Positions 28,732-36,178 of a DNA stretch of 64,000 nt are shown one piece after another. Under the pieces are notes generated by a model, which made no database searches, was not told the DNA's origin, and saw only the letters and a list, made by a program, of their open reading frames with translations. Within the stretch, counting starts at the first letter, position 1. The number at the start of each line of letters is the position of its first letter. Source of the stretch: Candidatus Aminicenantales bacterium (GTDB lineage Bacteria > Acidobacteriota > Aminicenantia > Aminicenantales > UBA4085); contig JBEKTZ010000007.1 of the NCBI GenBank assembly GCA_049515535.1, positions 124,001 to 188,000 of the forward strand, given 5' to 3'. Made by a program: the position numbers and the translations under genes.

Positions 28732-30138
28732 TTATAAAGCCGGCGCCGCCGCGGATTTCGCCTTGATTTTTTTGTATTCGCGAATCAGCAAAAAGCCGAC
28801 GAGAATCCAGATCAGGGTGACGGCCACGTTCAATTTGGCGAAGCTCTCGAGGGAGAGGCTCAAGTAATTGACCCCGATAAAGAGAGTCAGGGCGGCCATG
28901 GCGTCCCCGCCCCTATAGAAAAACGTGTCCGCCGCGGCCTTGCCCTTGTATTTCTCTTCCCTCGAGGTGACGAGAAATAAGGCGCCCTTGGTCGTGTTCA
29001 TGAGGGAATAATCGATGCCGTTTTCGAAGCCTTTCACCCATTTGACCAGGACCAGAGACGCCCCCAGGCTGACCAGGCTGTATCCGCCCAGGGCGATGAA
29101 CGGCAGGAACAGGAGCGCTCCGCTCACCCCGACCCATTTGAAAATCCGGGACACCAGAAAGAGCTGGACGAGCAAGGCCACCAGATTGTAGATGAATTGA
29201 TAATCCGTATAGACGCTGCCGATGAATTGCGTTTTGTCCAATCCCCCCATCGTCCCCGCTTTCTCAGCCTGAGTGGCCGCATTATCGACGGCTCTGCTCC
29301 AAATGGTTTCTCCCGTATAATTGACGTAATTGAGGAAAAACATGAGCAGCGCGTAAAAAAGGAGATACTTGCTCTTGAAGATCAGGCGAAATCCGCCCCC
29401 CTTTTTCAGGGGTTTTTCCTTGGCTTTCTCCTCTTCGACGGTTTTCGCGTCCAAAGCCTGGGCCTTCCTTTGGAATCGGTTGATCTCCCGTTTATGCACG
29501 GCGATCGTCAGGAAGATGCAGACTCCCAGGAGGGCGGCCGTCATCAACATCATGATATAGGCGAAATGGGTCCCCAGGGGACCGATGACCCATTTCGCGA
29601 TTCGCGTTCCGAAGAGGGCCCCCGCGGTCTGTCCGAAGGCGACCAGGGGAAACAGCCTTTTCCCCGCTTCCTCGGTATAGATGTCGTTGGCGAAGCCCCA
29701 GAACTGGGCGATGACCATGACGTTGAAAATGCCGACCCAGATGAAAAAGATGATGCCCATCGTGCCCATGGGCATGCCCCAAAGATGGAAGAGATAGAAC
29801 AGGCCGAGATTGGACATGAAAAAGAGAGTGACCCAGGAGATGAGAAGATGGCGCGGAACTTTGGACGCCAGGAGGCTGAATCCCTTGATCACGAAAATGA
29901 ACAGAATGGCCTGAGCCCCGGCGAGATAGCTTCGGACGAGCGGACCCATGGACGAAATCACGAGGGCTTCCCGAACGGGTTTGATGAGATAATACGCCAG
30001 AAGCAAAAGAAAGACGTTGAGGGTCAGGAGAATGACGGTGATGGTTTCTCCGGGATGAATTTCCGTGAAAATTTTAAGAGCGCGATGGCCGATTCCGGGA
30101 GATCTTGACTCCGGCCTCATGGCGACGGCGTTGTCCAT
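28732..30138 (-). CDS. NTT/TLC (Npt1/Npt2) nucleotide translocase, stand-alone
   Basis: YYLIKPVREAL, QFWGFANDIY..EAGKRLFP, DYSLMN, EKYKGK...DTFFYRGGD; about 12 hydrophobic helices. Confidence 0.85.
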   Translation of the reverse strand: MDNAVAMRPESRSPGIGHRALKIFTEIHPGETITVILLTLNVFLLLLAYYLIKPVREALVISSMGPLVRSYLAGAQAILFIFVIKGFSLLASKVPRHLLISWVTLFFMSNLGLFYLFHLWGMPMGTMGIIFFIWVGIFNVMVIAQFWGFANDIYTEEAGKRLFPLVAFGQTAGALFGTRIAKWVIGPLGTHFAYIMMLMTAALLGVCIFLTIAVHKREINRFQRKAQALDAKTVEEEKAKEKPLKKGGGFRLIFKSKYLLFYALLMFFLNYVNYTGETIWSRAVDNAATQAEKAGTMGGLDKTQFIGSVYTDYQFIYNLVALLVQLFLVSRIFKWVGVSGALLFLPFIALGGYSLVSLGASLVLVKWVKGFENGIDYSLMNTTKGALFLVTSREEKYKGKAAADTFFYRGGDAMAALTLFIGVNYLSLSLESFAKLNVAVTLIWILVGFLLIREYKKIKAKSAAAPAL

Positions 30139-30154
30139 GGCTATTCCCCTCCTT

Positions 30155-30964
30155 TCATTTTATTTCCAAGTCGAAAATGACGGCGGATTCGCCCTTGTCC
30201 TTTATCGAATTCCGGAGTTTTTCAATGATGATGATCATGCGACCGAGCAGCGCCTTGATCTCCTGGGCGTTGAGATAGGGCTTGAGCTTGCTTTCGACGT
30301 CGAGCGGCCGGATATCGAGCAGAGATCGATAGAGGCGCCTGGAGCAGCGGGCGATCGCGGCTTCAGGCAACAGTTCCGGGATGGTTTCGAAAGCTTCGGC
30401 GAAATCCACCCGGCAGACGCGCCAGGTGTCCTTGTGGATCAAGATGTCTTTCAAAGATCGTTTGCAATAGGTCAGATTTTCAAAGATGCTGAGTTCTTCC
30501 AGGGCGTTCTCGAACGCTTTCGGATCGGGGGGGGCGATTTTCTTCGCCCGGCGGTCGCTTTCCGAGAGGCAGCTCTCGAGGAAGAGCTGGAGCGATCCCT
30601 TGCGCTTGTCGATTTCCCTCTCGACGACGGGCGGGACGATGTCGAGGCCGAGGAGCTTGGCCAGCTCATACGCCGCAAGCTCGTATTTATAACACATGAC
30701 GATGATGCTCGGCCGGGGTTGGTCGACGTATTTGAAGATTCCCCTGAGGGCGCTTTTCCCGTCATTGAGGCTGACGATCCAAGGGGCGCCGCGCCCGGAT
30801 GCCGCGCCTTTTTGGACGGCGACGGCCTTCGCGCTTTTCAGATAATCTTCCAGCCCCTTTTGCTGGGCGTTGGCCTGGCCGGCCGCGCGGAGCAGAGGGA
30901 CCGCGAGGCCCATCAGGAGAAAACCGAGGACGACGAAAACTCCGAGATCTCTCTTGTCCATCAT
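30155..30964 (-). CDS. Exported paralogue of the atypical kinases, probable pseudokinase
   Basis: Signal peptide; IFK, ELAAYELAKLLGLDIVPP, GSLQLF retained; NxDR replaced by YCKR, IDH by VDF. Confidence 0.72.
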   Translation of the reverse strand: MMDKRDLGVFVVLGFLLMGLAVPLLRAAGQANAQQKGLEDYLKSAKAVAVQKGAASGRGAPWIVSLNDGKSALRGIFKYVDQPRPSIIVMCYKYELAAYELAKLLGLDIVPPVVEREIDKRKGSLQLFLESCLSESDRRAKKIAPPDPKAFENALEELSIFENLTYCKRSLKDILIHKDTWRVCRVDFAEAFETIPELLPEAAIARCSRRLYRSLLDIRPLDVESKLKPYLNAQEIKALLGRMIIIIEKLRNSIKDKGESAVIFDLEIK

Positions 30965-31953
30965 TCCTTCCCCCAAACGGCGAAATGCTCGCCTTCGATG
31001 ATCAAAGCGCTCAGGTGGCCGCCATAAACGGACGATATCCCCGTATCCACGATCCAGACCTTCCCGCCGAATCGGGACATGTTCTCCCAAACGAGCACCG
31101 GTGTGTGAGCGACGATGATGTGCTTCGCGCCGAGATTGGCCAGAATTTGATCGATCTGGGCCTCGTCGGCCTGCGCGGCCAGGTCCCGGTTCCACAGCGG
31201 CCCGTCTTCGGCGAACAGGATTTTCGGCCGGAATATGTCTCCCCGGAAAGATTTCTTGAATTCATCATGATAAAGGGCGTTGATCTCCTCGAGCTTCATC
31301 TTCGAATAAAATTCGTTGATCCCGCCGTGGACGAAGACGACGTCGTTGATTTTGATCACGGCGCTTTGATCGGTGAGCCAGCGGCCGTAGAGGAGGTTGA
31401 AATTCTCGGTGTAAACGTCCTTGGCCTCCTGCTCTTTCATGAGGGCCTCCCAGAACGCGTTGATGTCCCCCCGGCCGCCATTTTTCTTGCCGAATTCCTT
31501 TTCCTTGTCCCGCCGGTATTTGTCCGGCAGGAAAGAGACGAACTGCGGGACGGTGACGTAATCCTGGAAATTGAACACAAACCCCGTGATGTTCATTTCT
31601 TCGTGATTGCCGAGGATAACATGGATTTGCCCGCCGGCCGCGGCGGCCTCGGTTTCGAGCTTCCGGAGCAGACCGAGGATCTTCCTGGCTTCGTCGCCGC
31701 GATCCATGATATCGCCCATTTGGACGAGGTGCGTCTTGTCGCCCGTCCAATGGAGGTCGCCGTCCACGAGGCGGGTCCCCCTGAGAATCTTGACGAAGTG
31801 ATCGTAGTCTCCGTGCAGATCTCCGATCGCGACGACCTTTTCGATCCCCGTCCAAACGCATTGCGAATCCGCGGCGGACAGGGGAAAACTTACGAGCAGA
31901 CCGAGGAGGCCCAATAATAGGAGGCTTGGAAGAAAACGGCGAAACCATCCCAT
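30961..31953 (-). CDS. Exported metallophosphoesterase (Shewanella-like PPP phosphatase)
   Basis: Signal peptide; GDLHG, GDIMDRG, GNHE, HGG, GPLWNR, AHT, VDTG. Confidence 0.88.
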   Translation of the reverse strand: MGWFRRFLPSLLLLGLLGLLVSFPLSAADSQCVWTGIEKVVAIGDLHGDYDHFVKILRGTRLVDGDLHWTGDKTHLVQMGDIMDRGDEARKILGLLRKLETEAAAAGGQIHVILGNHEEMNITGFVFNFQDYVTVPQFVSFLPDKYRRDKEKEFGKKNGGRGDINAFWEALMKEQEAKDVYTENFNLLYGRWLTDQSAVIKINDVVFVHGGINEFYSKMKLEEINALYHDEFKKSFRGDIFRPKILFAEDGPLWNRDLAAQADEAQIDQILANLGAKHIIVAHTPVLVWENMSRFGGKVWIVDTGISSVYGGHLSALIIEGEHFAVWGKE

Positions 31954-32032
31954 TAGGCTTATAATAATTTAATGAGAGGATTAGTCAAGGGCTGACCGTA
32001 ATACACTACGGTCAGCCGTAAGGGCGTTTGAC

Positions 32033-32139
32033 CCGTTCGCCTCTGCTAAGCCCCGCCTTTCAAGGCGGGGACGAGAAGCGAGGCTCAGGGTTAACCCCGA
32101 ATAAGCCCCGGCATTCATGCCGGGGAGTCGATGGTTGAC
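32033..32139. mobile_element. 107-nt double-hairpin mini-element bounded by TTGAC
   Basis: TTGAC at 32028 and 32135; hairpins ccccgcctt-tc-aaggcgggg and ccccggcat-tc-atgccgggg. Confidence 0.65.
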
Positions 32140-32191
32140 TATTTATTCGCGAAATATTATCTTGTTAAAAGCAAGGGAAAGGAGGGACGCC

Positions 32192-32569
32192 ATGTTTGCC
32201 CGCATGACCATCATGCCCATCAAGCTGGATCGAATCGATGAGGCCATTCGGCTTTATAAGAAAAGCGTCATTCCCGAGGCCAAAAGACAGGCGGGTTTCC
32301 TGGGCACTTGTCTTTTGACCGACCGTCAAGCCGGGAAAGGGATCGCCGTGACATTTTGGAAAGATGAAAAGACCGCCTTGGCCAACGAGGAAAGCCGCTA
32401 CTACCAGGAGCAGCTCGTGAAGTTCATCAGCCTGTTCGCCGGACCGCCGATCCGCGAAGGCTACGAAGTCAGCGTCCATTGTTTTGAGGCGCAGGCCGCG
32501 CCGAAATCCCGACGAAAAACCCCTAAGAAAACGGCGTCGGGAAAAAAAAGAACGACCCCAAGGCTATAA
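32192..32569 (+). CDS. ABM-like dimeric alpha/beta barrel protein with basic tail
   Basis: MFAR, QAGF.G, GKGIAVTFW, YEV. Confidence 0.7.
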   Translation: MFARMTIMPIKLDRIDEAIRLYKKSVIPEAKRQAGFLGTCLLTDRQAGKGIAVTFWKDEKTALANEESRYYQEQLVKFISLFAGPPIREGYEVSVHCFEAQAAPKSRRKTPKKTASGKKRTTPRL

Positions 32570-32581
32570 TTTTTTCCAGCC

Positions 32582-33328
32582 ATGGACAAGATTTATACCA
32601 AAAAATTCCAGATTCAAACCTATGAGGTGGATCATCGGGCCAAGGCGCTCACTCTTTCGCTCCTGAATTATCTGCAGGATACGGCCGGGAACCACGCCGC
32701 GCTTCTCGGCTTTTCCGTTCTCGATCTTTTGAAAAAACGCATGACCTGGATTCTTTCCCGCTATCATGTCAGGATTTTCAGGTATCCGGGGCTGGACGAG
32801 CGGATTGTCGTCTCCACGTGGCCGTCGGGAAAGCAGGGCATTTTCGCCCTTCGGGATTTCGAGATCGCGGACGAGCGAGGCGAGATCCTGGCCGCGGCGA
32901 CGAGCTCCTGGATTCTCTGGAACGTGAACGCCAAGCAGCCGGCGCGCTTGGAGGAAAACCTGCCCGACAGCGTAACGCACGACAAAAGAGCCCTGCCGGA
33001 CGATTTCCCAACCCTCCCACCGTGTCCGACCGCGGACCGCGAACTCGCTTTCCGCGTCGCAATGCAGGATATCGACTTCAACAACCATGTCAACCACGCC
33101 GTTTATATCCAATGGGCCCTGGAAACCGTTCCCGAGGAGCTTCTCCGGACCTTCCGGCCCACGGATATCGAGGTCGCTTTTAAAGGCGAAGCGTTCTACG
33201 GCGAGGAGATCGTGTCTCGGGTGAAGCGGATCGGAGACGATCCCGGGCCCGTCTTTCTCCACGGCATTTTCAACGGGCCGAAAGAGGCTGAACTGACGCG
33301 GCTCAGAACGGTCTGGGGGAGAGTTTGA
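32582..33328 (+). CDS. Acyl-ACP thioesterase
   Basis: YEVD, YLQD.A..HA, RDF, DIDFNNHVNHAVYIQW. Confidence 0.92.
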   Translation: MDKIYTKKFQIQTYEVDHRAKALTLSLLNYLQDTAGNHAALLGFSVLDLLKKRMTWILSRYHVRIFRYPGLDERIVVSTWPSGKQGIFALRDFEIADERGEILAAATSSWILWNVNAKQPARLEENLPDSVTHDKRALPDDFPTLPPCPTADRELAFRVAMQDIDFNNHVNHAVYIQWALETVPEELLRTFRPTDIEVAFKGEAFYGEEIVSRVKRIGDDPGPVFLHGIFNGPKEAELTRLRTVWGRV

Positions 33329-33375
33329 CATTCCTGCCTTCTTTTGATAAAAAGCACATAGGATAGCTTAACATC

Positions 33376-33723
33376 ATGGTGATCAGCAAACGAGAGAAGA
33401 ACAACGTCGTGATTTTCGATATCGACGGGGAGATCAAACGATCGGATATCACGGATATCACGCTTCATCAAATGGTCAAGGACCAGCTCGAACTGGGGAA
33501 AAAACAGATCCTTCTGAACTTCGAGAAGGTCGAGTTCATCGACAGCTTCGGCGTCGGCGAGATCCTGGCCAGCTACATTTCCACCCACAATCTGGGGGGC
33601 AAGCTCAAGCTCGCCCGGATCTCCAAGAAGCTCTTCCTGATCTTCCAGGTCACCATGCTGACCAAAGTCCTGGACATCCACGAAGAAGAAGACTCGGCCC
33701 TCCAGAGCTTCTTCAAGGATTGA
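33376..33723 (+). CDS. STAS anti-sigma factor antagonist
   Basis: LLNFEKVEFIDSFGVG with conserved phosphoacceptor Ser; 115 aa. Confidence 0.9.
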   Translation: MVISKREKNNVVIFDIDGEIKRSDITDITLHQMVKDQLELGKKQILLNFEKVEFIDSFGVGEILASYISTHNLGGKLKLARISKKLFLIFQVTMLTKVLDIHEEEDSALQSFFKD

Positions 33724-33754
33724 CGATCGCTCGCGTGTTCTTCTGAGCCGCCTC

Positions 33755-36178
33755 ATGGCGAAAAGCCGCCTTTTCAAGGTCCTCTCGGCTGTCATCGACG
33801 TCAAGCCGGGCGAGGAAGTCCTGGCCGTTCTTCTCTTCTCCTATTTTTTCCTCATCACGGCCCCCTTTGGCATCGTCAAGTCGCTGCGCGACGCCAACTA
33901 CCTCGACGACCTCAGTGCTAAAAGCCTCCCTTACGCCTATCTCTCCGCCCTCCTCGTGGCGTTCGCCGTGGCCCTCCACGCCAGGCTCCAGTCCAAGATC
34001 TCGCGCCGGCGCCTGATCCTGTCGACCCTGGTCTTTTTCATCTCGACCGACCTCGTTTTTTTCGCCCTCTTTTCCCTGTCGCAGTGGCCGTGGCTTTCGC
34101 TCATCTTCTGGATGTGGGCCAGTACCTTCGTCGTCGCCCTGACGACGCAGTTCTGGATCCTGGTCAACGATCTGTTCAATCCGCGCGAGGCCAAACGGCT
34201 GATCGGCTTTTTCGGAAGCGGCGGCATCCTCGGCGGCATCGCCGGCTACCTCCTGACCTGGTTCCTGGCGAAAACGGCGACGTCCCACCAGCTTCTCCTG
34301 TTGTCCGCGGCTTTCTTGGCCGTCTGCATGATCGTCGTCCGGGCCATTTTTTCCTGGCTGAAGGCGAACGAAGGACGCTTTTCCGTCTCCGGCTCCGGGG
34401 CGAAACCGGGCCGGCAGGATTCCCCTCGCGTCGGTCTGTCGGACAGTTTTCGATGCGTGCGGACGAACGGATATCTGAAGATGATGGCCGCGATCGTCGT
34501 CGTAACCGGGATCGTGTCCACGTTCATCGACTGGCAGTCCAAAAGCCTCATCGAGCAGAATCCGGCCGCCAGGGCCAATTTCGCTTCGTTTTTCGGCCGC
34601 TTCAACGCCGGCATCCTGGTCTTTGCCTTTCTCTTTCAGCTCGCGTTGACCAGCCGCTTCATCAACCGCTTCGGCATCCGGCCCGGGCTGATGATCTATC
34701 CCCTGATCATCCTCCTGTGTTCCACCGGCATCGCGGTGCTGCCGACGCTGGGGTTCGCCATCGCCATCAAGGGCAGCGACAAAGCTCTGTCTTATTCCAT
34801 CAACCAGTCGGCTCGAGAGCTTCTTTATATCCCCGTCCCTCCGGATTCGAAATATCGGGCCAAGATCTTCATCGATATGTTCCTCAACCGCTTCTCCAAA
34901 GCGGCCGGCGGGGTGATTTTGCTGGGTCTCCTGTTTATAGCCGGCCTCAAGCCGATCGCCGCGACCAACATTCCTCCTCTCGTCGGGATCAGCCTCGTCT
35001 CCGGAGGGTTTGTCCTGCTCTGGATCATCTTGAATTTTAAAATCAGCGGCGCATACGTCCGGGAGGTCAAGGCCCAACTCGCCAAGAAATGGGAGCGGGC
35101 CGACGGGGTCATCGCCGGGAAGATGGATGTGGACGCGGCCAAACTCGTCGTGGACACGCTCGAAGCCCGGGCCCAAAGCTCCACCTTGTTTGCCCTTCAT
35201 CTCCATGAATTGGCCCGGCAGAACAAGCTGACGCCCGAGATCCGAAGCTTGCTGGGCCTCGAACCGACAGAGGCTTCCGCGTCCCCGGTCCGGCCTCTTT
35301 TCGAATCCGATGCCGCGTTGCGCCTCCCCGATTTCGATGAGTTGATCCCTCCTTCCATGCTCGACCAGGAAATCCGGGAGATTTCGTCCCTCGAAAGCTA
35401 TCAGAAACTCGTGGGCGAATATGCCGGCAAGATGATCGCGGACAAAAGCGCCGCATCGGAAACGGCCCGGATGGAACTGGCCAAAGCGATCGGCTTCATG
35501 GACGAACATTCGGCCCTCTCGGCGTCATTGGAAGACCTGTTGCTCGACGCTTCGCCCCGGGTCTTCCAGTATGCGGCGGAATCCGCGGGCCGGATCAGGA
35601 AGAGAGAATATCTTCCGATCCTCGTCCGGAAGCTCGCCGATCCTAAGGTCGGCGAAGACGCCCGGTCGGCCCTTGAAAAATACGGCGACGCGATCACGGG
35701 GATGTTGGCGGATTATCTGACGGACGCGGACGAGGACCCGCGCGTCCGGGCGAACGCGGCATCGCTCCTGGGCGGCATCGCCACCCCGGAATCCGCGGCC
35801 GTCCTTCTTGGCGAGCTCGCCGAGGGCCATGAGGATCTCAGGGAAGAGATAATCGACGCGCTGGATCGCGTCCGATCCCAACGATCCGATATCGATTTTT
35901 CCGAGGAGATCGTCCTCGGCCGGTTCGCGATGGAGGTCCGGAAATCCGGCCGGGCCGAGGCTCCCGGCGATTTGATTCCCTTGTTCAAGCTGCTCGGGCT
36001 GATCTATGACCATGAGGACATTTTCCGGGCCTATCAGAATTTCGTAAAGGGAACGAAGGACTCGGTCGCCTACGCGATTGAGCTGCTCGATAACATCGTC
36101 AGCCTCGAGATCAAGGCGCAGCTGTTCCCTCTCCTGGATCGCTTCTCCGGCAAGAGCGAAGGGGGCGATCCGGCATGA
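33755..36178 (+). CDS. NTT nucleotide transporter-HEAT repeat fusion
   Basis: KSLRDA, QFWILVNDLFNPREAKRL, ELLYIPVP...KYRAKIFID; helical-repeat C-terminus. Confidence 0.85.
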   Translation: MAKSRLFKVLSAVIDVKPGEEVLAVLLFSYFFLITAPFGIVKSLRDANYLDDLSAKSLPYAYLSALLVAFAVALHARLQSKISRRRLILSTLVFFISTDLVFFALFSLSQWPWLSLIFWMWASTFVVALTTQFWILVNDLFNPREAKRLIGFFGSGGILGGIAGYLLTWFLAKTATSHQLLLLSAAFLAVCMIVVRAIFSWLKANEGRFSVSGSGAKPGRQDSPRVGLSDSFRCVRTNGYLKMMAAIVVVTGIVSTFIDWQSKSLIEQNPAARANFASFFGRFNAGILVFAFLFQLALTSRFINRFGIRPGLMIYPLIILLCSTGIAVLPTLGFAIAIKGSDKALSYSINQSARELLYIPVPPDSKYRAKIFIDMFLNRFSKAAGGVILLGLLFIAGLKPIAATNIPPLVGISLVSGGFVLLWIILNFKISGAYVREVKAQLAKKWERADGVIAGKMDVDAAKLVVDTLEARAQSSTLFALHLHELARQNKLTPEIRSLLGLEPTEASASPVRPLFESDAALRLPDFDELIPPSMLDQEIREISSLESYQKLVGEYAGKMIADKSAASETARMELAKAIGFMDEHSALSASLEDLLLDASPRVFQYAAESAGRIRKREYLPILVRKLADPKVGEDARSALEKYGDAITGMLADYLTDADEDPRVRANAASLLGGIATPESAAVLLGELAEGHEDLREEIIDALDRVRSQRSDIDFSEEIVLGRFAMEVRKSGRAEAPGDLIPLFKLLGLIYDHEDIFRAYQNFVKGTKDSVAYAIELLDNIVSLEIKAQLFPLLDRFSGKSEGGDPA

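Noticed and set aside
32033..32139. IscB/TnpB guide RNA or an autonomous IS200/IS605 element
   Set aside because: IS-like hairpins only; too short, and no transposase or nuclease ORF is adjacent
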